Shown: in pieces, positions 38,930 to 51,310 of the stretch
Layout of the letters: each line of letters starts with the position of its first letter
How positions within the stretch are numbered: the first letter of the stretch is position 1
NCBI RefSeq assembly: GCF_006345805.1
Contig: NC_043005.1
Location: forward strand, 35,154,001-35,218,000
From: Octopus sinensis
Taxonomy: Eukaryota
Length of the DNA: 64,000 nucleotides
Direction of reading: 5' to 3'
Made by a program: the position numbers and the translations under genes
The notes under the pieces: generated by a model
What the model was told of the DNA's origin: nothing
What the model saw: the letters and a program-made list of their open reading frames with translations, nothing else
The model's database searches: none

Positions 38930-39349
38930 CTGCGAAACTTCGTTTCATTGGTAATGTTTTTGTAACTCACGTGGTGATTTTGGAGGGAGATACGAATTCG
39001 CCTGTCTATATAAATGTGGAGATGCTAGCGGACCATTACATCGTTCGATGTCACCTGATCGAGTTGATGTAATGGGTGAGTTTTTCTTCCTAGCATTTCT
39101 AGATTTATAGGAAATATTATGTTGACAAGGAAATGAACTTTCGATTCTAATCCAGAAACGAATTCGTCCATAATTAATCCAATAGGCTGGGATTTCGTTG
39201 TCTTCTTTCTCTTTACCATATATGGGTTACAAATTCTGTTTGTTTGTGGAGACTTTTTTACTAGTAGTAGAAATAGTGACCTATTTGGCTGCTATTTCTA
39301 ATATTTTCGGTATGCGGTTTTGAGCAACTTGTTGCAATTAACCCTTTAT

Positions 39350-39355
<6 letters not shown>
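38930..39355 (+). promoter_or_regulatory. CpG-retaining cassette with TATA box, Inr-like site and 5' splice donor (host or PLE promoter)
   Basis: TATATAAA at 39007-39014, CCATTAC with A at 39035 (28 nt downstream), ATGG|GTGAGT at 39072-39081, E-box CACGTG upstream. Confidence 0.35.
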
Positions 39356-39388
<33 letters not shown>

Positions 39389-39516
39389 CCCTTGAAAAAT
39401 GTAGGAGTATTTTAGCCTTGTGTAAGTATGAGACTGTTATTGCGGACAGAATACAAAGGAGGAACAGTTAAATATTGTAGTCTCTCCCCACAAAAGCTAT
39501 TGTATATCCATAAAGT

Positions 39517-39553
<37 letters not shown>

Positions 39554-39625
39554 CATACATACATACATATACACATATACATACATACACATATACATAC
39601 ATACACATACACACATACATACACA

Positions 39626-39661
<36 letters not shown>

Positions 39662-40019
39662 TATACACACACACATATATATATATCAGCAATGGTACCA
39701 AATGCACTTCTATTTTGTACTGATTGATAAAGACACGACAGCATAAACATCATTCAGGCATTGCAGAATGAAAGATTCAGCATCATTTCTGACTTGTCTT
39801 TGCTCATTGTCCATACAGGTCAATTAGGAGTCAGACAGAGTGGTGTAATGGTGAAGAGATCAGCTCTGGTTGCTGTCACATGGTAGCTTTATATCCAAGT
39901 AAAACTTGATATCCATGAGGAGTAAAGGAAATTGTCCGCAATACAATTAACTTGCCCTTGTTATTGCTGGTCCCTCAACAGTTGCTAAGATATGAAGGTT
40001 TGTTGCTGTCTTGCCTACT

Positions 40020-40241
40020 CTTTTATTCTTTTACTTCTTTCAATTCTCTGACTGTGGCCATGCAGGAGCACCACTTTGAATGGTTTTAGTTGAACAAACC
40101 GACTGCAGGACTTATTTCTTAAGCTAAGTTAGGGGGATGTAAACACACCAACATCAGTTGTTAAGTGGTGATGGGGAACAAACACGAACACAAAGATACA
40201 TATACGCACACACATACACACCTACATACATACAGCCATAC

Positions 40242-40297
<56 letters not shown>

Positions 40298-40445
40298 ATA
40301 CAACAAACTTCTTTCAGTATTTGTCTACCAAATCCACTCACACAGTTTTGGTCAGCCTGAGACTATAGTAGAAGACACTTGCCCAAGGTACCATGCAGTG
40401 AGACTGAACCTGGAACCATGTGGTTGGGAAGCCAGCTTTTTACTA
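40020..40445 (-). mobile_element. SINE family A with internal microsatellite expansion
   Basis: Reverse-complement match to 40963-41372. Confidence 0.75.
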
Positions 40446-40610
40446 CAGCCATGCCTACACCTAATATAATTTCCTTCTGCTTTTTTTCTTTCATGAAATA
40501 TTATCTGGATGCTGGGTCTCTTGGAAGTGATGACAAATGCCTGAGACTGTTGGCAATTTGCTGTGCTTGAGAAGAGATGTCAAGCTTAGTGAAATCATAG
40601 TTTTAGCCAG

Positions 40611-40932
40611 TGCCAGTGACACAGAAAAGGCACCTGTGCCGGTGACATGTTAAAGGCAACTATGTTGGTGACATGTTAAAGGCATCCATACTGGTGACAC
40701 ATAATAGGTGCCCATGCTGGCCACACATAAAAGGAACATATGCCGGTGATTCGTTAAAGGCACCTGGTACACTCTATGGAGTGGATGGTGTTAGGAAAGG
40801 CATCCAGCCATAGAAACCATGCCAAAACAGACTGGAACCTGGTGCAGCTCTCCAGCTTGCCAGTTCCAGTCAAATTGTCTAACCTATGCCATCATGGAAA
40901 ATGGATGCGAACTGATGATGATGATGATGATG
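40611..40932 (+). mobile_element. Family F copy with six 26-bp tandem units before the tail
   Basis: Units of TGCCGGTGACATGTTAAAGGCACCTG type at 40611-40766, then the GGAAAGGCATCCAGCC...(ATG)n tail. Confidence 0.75.
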
Positions 40933-40962
40933 AAATCCATGAAGGAAAAGTTTTAAAATAAA

Positions 40963-41372
40963 GGCACAGGAGTGGCTGCGTGGTAAGTAGCTTGCTTACC
41001 AACCACATGGTTCTGGGTTCAGTCCCACTGCGTGACATCTTGGGCAAGTGTCTTCTGCTATAGCCTCGGGCCAACCAATGCCTTGTGAGTGGATTTGGTA
41101 GACGGAAACTGAAAGAAGCCTGTCGTATATATGTATGTGTGTGTATATGTTTGTGTGTCTGTGTTTGTCCCCCTAGCATTGCTTGACAACCGATGCTGGT
41201 GTGTTTACGTCCCTGTCACTTAGCGGTTCGGCAAAAGAGACCGATAGAATAAGTACTGGGCTTACAAAGAATAAGTCCCGGGGTCGATTTGCTTGATTAA
41301 AGGCGGTGCTCCAGCATGGCCGCAGTCAAATGACTGAAACAAGTAAAAAGAGAAAGAGAGAAAGAGAAAGAG
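40963..41372 (+). mobile_element. SINE family A, best-preserved full-length copy
   Basis: Head GGCACAGGAGTGGCTGCGTGGTAAG, B-box-like GGGTTCAGTCCC, CTTGGGCAAGTGTCTT domain, AG-rich tail. Further copies near 1, 7534, 14125, 28385, 33606, 36830 and 52265. Confidence 0.9.
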
Positions 41373-41629
41373 TGAAATACTGTACTCAAGTAAATTTTAT
41401 GGGAGATGAATGAACAAAATGAGTAGACGTGACAGAAACTAGGTGTGGGCAAGTACATTTATACTCCAGTAGCATGTGTAAACTTGAATGGAGAAAGTGT
41501 TCAACAAATATAAGGATGGGGCATGGAAGATTTATTTATTCATAAATACACACACACATGCGTACACATACATGCATACAACTCTCTTTGTGTTTCATAC
41601 TAAGTGTGTGTGTGTATGCGTGTGTATAC

Positions 41630-42000
41630 TTTTACTTGTTTCAGTCACATGACTTCAATCATGCTGAGGGCTCTGCTTTGAAGAGTTTTTGTCAAATAAA
41701 TCAACTCTACCACTTATTTTCAAGCCTGTAACTTATTTTATTGGCCCCTTTTGTTGAACCACTAAATTACAGGGACATAAACAAACCAACAATGGTTGTC
41801 AAGTGGCCCTCGAGATGGTGGTGCAACACACACAACAAGCTTCCACAAATTTTCTTTCTGTCTACCAAATTTACTCACGAGGCACTGGTTGGCACAAGGC
41901 TATGGTAGAAAGCACTTGCTCAAGGTGCCACTTAGTGGGACTGAGCCCCAAACCATATGGTTATTAAATAAGTTCCTTGATCACACAGTCATGTCTGCAC
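41630..42000 (-). mobile_element. SINE family A, diverged
   Basis: Reverse-complement similarity to 40963-41372. Confidence 0.65.
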
Positions 42001-42068
42001 CTGAATAATAGACTGTGGAGAATACATACATTCAAATACACACACACACATATGTATAAATGTGTGTA

Positions 42069-42111
<43 letters not shown>

Positions 42112-42538
42112 ATTATTATATATATATGTATGTATATATATATAATAGGTTTATGCAATAGAATTTGTAATCAGTACCCCATTCTTCTTTGCATTTATTT
42201 CTACAGATTTTTGATACTCTTTTGTTAAAAGATAACAACAATAAAAATAATAATAATAATGATAATAATACACCCTTCCATCATCATTCTTATTACACCT
42301 TTTCTTCTCCTGCCTCTTCCATTAGATGTGAAGAGATAATTCCGGTTAACAGTCTAAATATACAAAGACAGGAGAAGTTTACTTAAAAGTGTCTCAGGGG
42401 AAATTTTCATGTGCCCCCTAAAAGTTGCTCTAGAAATATAAGCAGTGATGTTATATTCATTATTCGGAGACTGAAGAGAAATAAGCTTTCAGATTCTTCA
42501 TGAAAAAATATACAAAACTACAAAATAAAAAGTTTCAA

Positions 42539-42572
<34 letters not shown>

Positions 42573-42575
42573 GCA

Positions 42576-42617
<42 letters not shown>

Positions 42618-43194
42618 CATATATTTATATGTGTGTATATGTACATATATGTGTGTGTGTATATATATGTTTGTGTGTGTGTGTATGTGTATATATGTGT
42701 GTATATATATATATATGTATATGTGTATGTATATGTGTATGTATACATGTTTGTATATATGTGTATATATATATATATGTGTGTGTATGTATATATGTGT
42801 GTGTATATATATATGCATGCTTGTATGTATAAAAAATTTCATTGCAAAAGTAAAAATTCCCGGAGTGGATATGAAAAAGCAATAGGGACAACCAGAGATT
42901 GAATTCAGGAATGGTAAAGGTTGATATTAAGACAGAAGCTTTTATAAAGACAGAACAAACAGAGAAAAAAAGTAACTATTTTTTTTTTTTTTTGCTTTCT
43001 TCTCTCAACAATGAATACAGCTGTTGGAATTATACCAACTTAATGCCAAAAATTTTCTAAACGCATACTGCAAACCCTCCCACCTTACTTTTTCACTTTG
43101 CATTTTTACAAAAATCATTAACAAAATACAAAAACATAAAATGAAATGAAAAAGGTATAATGGTATAAAGTGTGTGTGTGTATATTTATTATCT

Positions 43195-43560
43195 TTCACT
43201 TGTTTCAGTCATTTGATTGCAGCCATGCTGGAGCACTGTCTTAAAGGGTTTTGTTTAATAAATTGACTATGGTACTTATTCCATCAGTCTACTTTGCTGA
43301 ACTGCTAAAGAACAAAATGTAAACAAACCAACACTGGTTGTCAAACGGTGGTGGTGGTGGGGAACAAACACAACATAAATACAAAGACACACACATACAC
43401 AAAATGTGCTTTCTCCCAGTTTGTCTGAACCAAATTTACTCACAAGGCATAGGTTGACCCAAGGCCATAGTAGAAGACACTTATCCTAAGTGCCATGCAC
43501 TGGGACCGAACCCAAAACCATGTGGTTGAGAAGTAAACTTCTAACCACACAGCCACACCT
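43195..43560 (-). mobile_element. SINE family A
   Basis: Reverse-complement similarity to 40963-41372. Confidence 0.7.
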
Positions 43561-44112
43561 CTACCAACATAAATATTGTCTTTTTGGTTATTTTCATCAC
43601 ATGAGAACATTTTTGGAATCTGGATTAGTTCGTTCCTGCTACCCTAACCCAGATACACTTTATAGAAAGCTAATTAGGTAGACTTAACCTATTATACAAT
43701 CCTGGCCACACATCTAAATTGATAAAGATGTATCTCTGATTACATATTGGGTTACAACTGAACAGTTTTGCCAGAGTTGGCACTACTATCAAACACATTT
43801 AATTTGGCTTCTTCTCCTTCTTCTTCTGGTCATTAAATATGTGTTTTGAGTTGGTTGTCTCTCATTGTTTAAGATATGAAGTTTGTGGTACCACCCTACC
43901 TCAGGTGGCTCCAATAAATTACTTTAAAAAAACAGCAATGTAAATATCATTCATTAAAGTACAATATCATAGATTATGCAACCCACAAATGTCAATGACA
44001 TGTCATTTATTAGCAGTGTTTCTCACAGGAAGGGTGTGACTGTGTAAAAATTTAAAGTAGGAGTGAACAAACAAATAATAAGGTATTTTTAAAATTAAAA
44101 TGGGCTTTGAAA

Positions 44113-44217
44113 ACACCATAGTATAGGACACCATGATATAGAATACCATAGTATAGGACACCATAGTATAGAATACCATAGTATAGGACACCATGTTATA
44201 GAATACCATAGTATAGA
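44113..44217. repeat. 15-bp minisatellite x7 with a 30-bp higher-order alternation
   Basis: Units of A(C/T)ACCATAGTATAG(G/A) whose last base alternates GG/GA. Confidence 0.9.
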
Positions 44218-44564
44218 AAAGAGAATTATTTGGATACAAAATAACTGCATTACAGCAGGTAATTGATACTGACAGTGCAGGGATAAAATTTTCACAAATA
44301 TATTTTTAGGGGATGGGGCAAGGCTTGTCTTTTTTAAAATCAGTGATTTATAGGCTAAATTATAGATAGATAGATACATATATATATATATATATATACA
44401 TACATATATGCATATATATATATGCATATATGTATGTATTTATGCATATATATATATATATATGCATATATATATATATATGCATATATGTATGTATTTA
44501 TGCATATATATATATATATATATATGCATATATATATATGCATATATGTATGTATTTATGCATA

Positions 44565-44599
<35 letters not shown>

Positions 44600-44748
44600 C
44601 ATACACACACACACACATATATATATATACATACACACACACATATATATATATACATACACACACACACATATATATATGCATACACACATACACACAC
44701 ACACACATATATGCATACACACATACACCACACACACATATATGCATA

Positions 44749-44790
<42 letters not shown>

Positions 44791-44999
44791 ATATATATAT
44801 ATATATATATTTCTGAGTGAGTTAGAGGTTGAGAAACCAACTAAGGGATAGTACCTAGCCAATATACTGCTGGTGGTGTAACCCAATTATTCATACCCAA
44901 GTGCTAGTTATTGTGTGGCAAACTCGTAACATAGTGTTATATATGGGCGAGGGGAAAAAAGTGGTTTGTCCTTGATTTATACAGCAAATAAGAAAGTGG

Positions 45000-45345
45000 A
45001 GAGGATATAAAATTGACAAACATCAGCCGATAAACATTCCAGTAAGTCTATTTATTCCAATGCATTAGATGAACACATACACATCTATTAGTAGTACAGA
45101 ATATCAAATAGAAAGAGCTTGTAATTGTAAGAACAAAGGTGTGGAAGCATATAATCATATAGGAACAGGTGATTGAGGAAATGAGCAAATGTCAGTAGGT
45201 GCTAGTTCCTTACAGCCGTTTCTACCAAGAGGCAATGAAATCTTACAGGTTGTCTCCATCTCTTCAGTGTTATACAGGGATGAGCAGGTAATGCTTGGAT
45301 ATTGCGTGTGCCTCTAGGTTCTTCAGAGGGTCTAAGTGGTTGGGA
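45000..45345 (-). mobile_element. Penelope-like remnant containing a hammerhead with an expanded stem II
   Basis: Minus-strand CCU-CUGAAGA-ACCUAGAGGC...GCCUCUUGGU-A-GAAAC-GGCU-GUA/AGG, spanning ~45329-45208. Confidence 0.5.
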
Positions 45346-45591
45346 GAGTTTTTTATATACATACATACATATATACATACATACATACATACATACATAC
45401 ATACATACATACATACATACATACATACATACATACATACACATATATATATATGCATGTATATATATATGTATACATAAATATATATACATATATATAT
45501 ATATACATTTGTATACATATATATGTACATGCATACATATATATATGCATATATATGTATATATGCATACATATATATATACATGCATATA

Positions 45592-45652
45592 CAGGTGGTG
45601 CTATTAAGTTAGACATGGCCTGGGCCAATAATGGCCGAAACCTATCAAAGTA
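45592..45652 (+). mobile_element. Ultra-short CR1-group LINE 3' tip
   Basis: CAGGTGGTGCTATTAAGTTAGACATGGCCTGGGCCAATAATGGCCGAAACCT is identical to the reverse complement of 63603-63654; ends TCAAAGTAT. Confidence 0.85.
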
Positions 45653-46045
45653 TATACATGCATGCACACATACACACACACATATATATGTATGCATACA
45701 TACATATATACATGTATAAATATATAGATATATATACATGCATATACATATATGCATACATATATATATACATACATATATATATACATACATATACATA
45801 TATATGCACACACACATATATATGCATACATATGTATGTGCATACATACATATATATATAATTTATGCATATATATTTGCATAAATATATATTTTTTATG
45901 CATACATATATATACATAAATATATATTTTTATGCATATATATATGCATATATATATATACATCAATATATATATACATATAAACATATATGCCTACATA
46001 TATATATGCATATATATATATATGCATATACATATATGTGTGTGA

Positions 46046-46109
<64 letters not shown>

Positions 46110-46114
46110 TGTGT

Positions 46115-46495
46115 TACTTGCTTCAGTCATTAGACTGTGCCCATACTGGAGCACTATCTTAAAAGATTTTTGTTGAACAAATTGACCCCAAGACTTGTTC
46201 TTTGTAAGCGTAATACTTATTCTTTTAGTTGCCAAACCACTAAGTTGAAGGCATGTATACTCATCTACATCGTTTTTGAAGCTAGTGTGGATAGACAAAC
46301 GCACACAGATTGTCATATATATATTATTTATATATATATGACAGTCATCTTTCAGATTATGTCTACCCAATCTTCTCACAAGTCTTTGGTCAGTCTGAGG
46401 CTATTGAAGAAAACACTTGCCCAAGGTGTCATGCAGTTGGACTGAACCTGGAACCATGTGGTTGGGAAGCAAGCTTCTTAGCACACAGCCATACC
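46115..46495 (-). mobile_element. SINE family A
   Basis: Reverse-complement similarity to 40963-41372. Confidence 0.7.
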
Positions 46496-46879
46496 TATAA
46501 ATATATAAATTTTGTTATCATCACCATTGTATGTACGTATGTATATACATACTTAAATACATACACAAAGAGTGAGAGAGAAGGAGATTTGTTACATGTT
46601 TAATTAATAACCATATATTTAGTCTAGTGGTGCAAACAGACCTCTTCAATTGAGGGACTTTCAGCAGCTTAGAATGGGGATCAAATCAACTAGTTTCACA
46701 TTTCATTACAAAGTCCTTAGGGATCACTTATTTCTGTTTATCAAGCTGTCAATGTTAAGAAGCAGAAAGCCACTTATAAAAAATGATTTATAGGCAGCAC
46801 GACTTAATTTACATAATGGTTGGCAGTGTGGTTAGGAATAAATAAAGATACAAAGTCATATTTTTAACAAACAATTTCC

Positions 46880-47240
46880 TTGCACTCCTTAACACAGATT
46901 AGGTGAGGGCCACAAATAGAATAGGGTTACATGTCTGGGACAGTGGTGCCTCTATCCACACTGACTTCTTATACCAAATCCAGAAAAGGGCCATCTCACT
47001 GATTGACATAAAGTCACTCAGATATGATCCAGTCTAGTCTCTGGCCCATGACTGAAGTGTTTCCTGTGTCTGCCTTTTCTCTCACTACTGTAATGGTCGC
47101 TGCTCTTTGGAGTTGGATGGGTTGATGCTCAACTTTACTTCGGCATTCTCAACCCATTCATCTCTCCTAATGTCATCACCTTTCTATCCAATCCTACCAT
47201 GTCCTTCATTAACAACAAGGCCCAACCCTTCTCCCCCTCC
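46880..47240 (+). pseudogene. CR1-group LINE ORF2 C-terminal remnant
   Basis: HVWDSGASIHTDFLYQIQKRAISLID and SVSCVCLFSHYCNGRCSLELDG, with stops and frameshifts. Confidence 0.75.
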
Positions 47241-47607
47241 ATACCCTCTTCCCTCTAGAATTCTCTCTTTGTTTATGTCTGACTTGTAAATGGTTCAAGG
47301 GGGAACATTAATGTCATCATCCTCATTGGTCTTGGAGGGCTAGAAAGGCTATAGGCACTTCCTCTTCCTTCACACCCAGCAATCGATAACAAAACTAGAC
47401 ATATTTCATCTTGGTGTAAAAGTTAAACTATATAACCATCAATGAATAAAAGATGAACAGACAATTTAATCCAATTTAGTGGTTTAGTTGCAGATCAGGT
47501 CTGGTCTGGTCAAGTAACATAGGTACTCAAGCCATAGTAATCCAATCTTTTGTTTTCCTGGACACAGCACCTCGTAGACTACATCATCCAATGTATCCTT
47601 TATTTAA

Positions 47608-47828
47608 CTCTTTAGCATTTAAACCAGCCATATCTGGCCCAAAAAATTCAAACTGTTTTATGTTGAAACTGGCCCAATCCAGCAGCTCACACCTAGACCA
47701 CAATGTCATTCTAAAAATCAATGTTCATATCTTTAAAATCTTGAAGCTACAAGACAATATATGATTAATTTTTAAAAAAGTGGATAAATAAGCATTATAT
47801 TTGATAAATTAATCTGAATGCTAAAGGG
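47608..47828. mobile_element. piggyBac-like MITE
   Basis: TTAA target duplication (47604-47607, 47829-47832); TIRs CTCTTTAGCATT / AATGCTAAAGGG. Confidence 0.8.
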
Positions 47829-47834
47829 TTAAGA

Positions 47835-48182
47835 CTGGTTCTCAACCCATGTTTCTTTACTTATGGACCCCTTTAATTACTATTTTACTCGAGTAGACTC
47901 ACCCCCCATAGCCATTTGATGCTTAAAACTAGCTTTATAAATATTTCTTTCAAAATTCCTATGTTGCTGTTCACCCATTAACTTGTAGGTTGAACTATGT
48001 AAAATGTTTGAGATAGAAATCTTGCTGTTTCTTACAATAAATACATCTAAAGCCAAATTTTTTCATGGACCCTTAAAATATTACTGTGAACACTTAATTT
48101 ACAATTTTGCTTACGTGGACCCCACCAAAATCTTATATGAACCACTCTCCTAAAATCTTATAGGTACCCCTGAGAACCACTG
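47835..48182. mobile_element. hAT-type MITE
   Basis: TIRs C(AG)TGGTTCTCA / TGAGAACCACTG. The 8-bp TSD ATTTAAGA is at 48183-48190 and is reconstituted on the left once the piggyBac-like MITE is removed. Confidence 0.75.
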
Positions 48183-48269
48183 ATTTAAGACAATAGAGTA
48201 TGATCTGGCTGTTATTTTTAGCAGGTTGAACACAGAGGCTACCTCATTTGCTCAACTGTTGTAAAAACC

Positions 48270-48625
48270 ACTTTGAGGAATGTGAAGACATAGGCTGGAA
48301 AGCAGAGTATTTTACAATTGAAGTTGGATGTAAAGGATTGATTGGACAGTGTGAGGTGATTGTTGTAGTTGCTAGGCCTAACTCATCATAAAGAAAATAC
48401 CAACATGAGTGATATCCAGACTACAGTGGAGAAGGCAAGCCCCTAGATTTGGTTAAAAAGAGACAATGAGCAATGGATCGAAGATTATTGAGTGAAACCT
48501 AGTAACTGATTGATCAAGCAAGTGAGGCCTCATCTCATTGAGGATAGCTGATGTACAATAAAGCTGTCAAGAGGAAGGCCCTAAAATGGCACAGATTCTC
48601 TCTGATGATCCTAAGAGCTTGCTAG
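48270..48625 (+). pseudogene. HERO-like (restriction-like endonuclease) non-LTR element C-terminus and 3' UTR
   Basis: EECEDIGWKAEYFTIEVGCKGLIG...TTVEKAS*IWLKRDNEQW resembles the GWK....IEVGCRGF...E.AS.W.W.KR motif. Confidence 0.65.
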
Positions 48626-49139
48626 CATCTGGTATGTAGAGATTTCAACTGATGGAACTTGCATTTGCAAGTTGTTTCCAAAAAACAATTGATTAATATT
48701 CTCAATAAACAAACAACATGGACCATTCATATAACATTCACGCAATAAAAATTAATGTTAACAAATGGACATTATCAAGGTTTTAACATTCATGTTTCGA
48801 TCCCAGCATGGGTCGGACAGACATTGGATGATAAAGAAATGGCAAAAAGAAGCAAAATAACAAAAACTGCTGCAGCTACAAACAAAGTGTATTTTATTAG
48901 TGTGATTAGTTTGTGTTATTTTAAAAGATAATTTAGCTCCAGCACCCAGAATTTAGAATTGTAGAAAAGTCATATTAAAAATAGGTATGAGTAATCCAGT
49001 GGAATCATGAACATCCCTAAAGGATTCCAGTAACTTTTACCAACTTTCATCATAAAAATAGTGTTTGATATCTATTTTTAAAAACAGCTGTCGCCTCTAT
49101 TTAAAACATTGCTTATCAGATAATTTACCCTATTCCATT

Positions 49140-49783
49140 ATACATGCATGCATACATACATGATATATATACATATATATATATATATATACATATATAT
49201 ACATATATATATACATATATACACATATACATGCATATAATATTACACACACATATATATTATATATTATTATATATCTATATTATATATATTATATTTA
49301 ACATATATACACATATACATGCATATAATATATAACACACAGATATATTATATATTATATATATATATGATATATAATATATTTATACATATATACACAT
49401 ATACATGCATATAATATATACACACACATATAGATTATTATATAGATATTATATATATATTATTTATATATTATACATATATACACATATACATGCATAT
49501 AATAATACACACACATATATATTATATATTATTATATATATATTATATATATATATATTTATACATATATACACATATAATGCATATAATATATACACAC
49601 ACTATATATTATATATTATTATATATTATATATATAATATTTTATACATATATACACATATACATGCATATAATATACACACACATATATATTATATATT
49701 ATTAATAGTATAATATATATATATTTATACATATATACACATATACATGCATATAATATATACACACACAATATATTATATAT

Positions 49784-49816
<33 letters not shown>

Positions 49817-50160
49817 CACATATACATGCATATAATATATACACACACATATATATTATATATTATTATATATATATTATATATATATATTTACATATAT
49901 ACACATATACATGCATATAATATATACACACATATATATTATATATTATTATATATATATTGTATATTAAATTTTATACATATAAATATATATATATATA
50001 TTATAGATATATATATATATATTACAAATACATATATACATATAATATTACAAATACTATCATATAATACATATATATATTACAAATACATATATACATA
50101 TATATATATATATATCCTATATATATGTTATGGATATTATATATATATATTAAAGATATT
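49140..50160. repeat. AT-rich minisatellite built from microsatellites (unit roughly 60 bp)
   Basis: Recurrent CACATATACATGCATATAATATATACAC anchors separated by variable TA tracts. Confidence 0.85.
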
Positions 50161-50167
50161 ATGTACA

Positions 50168-50955
50168 TTGGGTTGTCCCGAAAGGTTGTGCTGATTTATA
50201 GTAGCTTACCTTTTGACTTATTTTAGAACATGGTTAAGTCCATAAAATAGGATTTGACTACACTTCCATTTAGAGCACAGTTTAAACTATCTTTTCATGG
50301 AAGAAGATTTATGTTCCTATAACCTGTGTTAATTCTGTAACCCTTTAAAATGGAAGATAAGACAGTTCATTTTTGGCACTTGATGCTTTTCTTTTTTCAT
50401 AAAGGGAAAAATGCCTCACAAGCAACCAAAGAAATAGTCTTGCTTGTGTCTGGTGGGATTGGAAAGGAATTCTGTACTATGAGTTTCTCCCAAGTAACCA
50501 GACAATTAATTCTGAGAAATACTGCACACAACTGGACAAATTAAAAGCAGCAATTCAAGAGAAATGTCCAGAATTGGCCAACAGGTAGGGTGTTGCTTTC
50601 CAAAGCATGTTTCTTTGGGAACCAGACAAAAATTGCAGCAGCTCAGCTGGAATGTATTACCCCACCCTCCATATTCACCAGATATTGTTCCTTCGGATTT
50701 CCACTTATTCAGGTCTCTGCAGAATAGTCTTAATAGTAAAAATTTTAATTCCTTAGATGACATAAAAAGCTACCTTGATGAATTTTTGCCATGAAACCAC
50801 CTTAATTCTGGGGAGAGGGTATATTCAAGTTAAAGGAAAAATAGAGATGCATTGTGAAACAAAATGGTTCATATTTGGTTGATTTAAAATGTAATGGCAA
50901 GTATTTATTGTCCTTTTTCTTTCCTTTAAAAATTGGCATGAACTTGCTGGACAAC

Positions 50956-50959
<4 letters not shown>
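50168..50959 (+). mobile_element. Internally deleted mariner (D,D34D) element
   Basis: TIRs TTGGGTTGTCC / GGACAACCCAA with TA on the right. ATG at 50350 gives MEDKTVHFWHLMLFFFHKGKNASQATKEI, fused to VWWDWKGIL...PHPPYSPDIVPSDFHLFRSLQN. Confidence 0.9.
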
Positions 50960-50999
<40 letters not shown>

Positions 51000-51000
<1 letters not shown>

Positions 51001-51310
51001 TAGCTGGTGTACCTGGTAACTCCTAGGGGTAAAGATGTTCTATTGAAATGCCTTATTACTCTGATATATGAAAGCAATTTCAGTATACCTGCCACAAAAG
51101 GTGTATTTTCTGTTACAAAAAAGAACAAAAAACTGTCAGCTGGAGGAGAGAGAGATTATTGGAGGTTGGCGAGAGATGTTTTCGGAGGCTAGTGAGAAAG
51201 ATTGTCGGAGGTTGGTGAGAGAGGTTGTTGGAGGTTGGTGAGAGGCAAAGATATTATTTTGCTTTGCGGAGGCACCTGGGAAATGTATAACTGCTGTCAT
51301 TCACAGAATT
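51000..51310 (-). mobile_element. Helitron family H2 3' portion
   Basis: The minus strand ends ...CCAGGTACACCAG-CTAG|T; homologous to 17338-17480 and 17803-17867. Confidence 0.6.
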
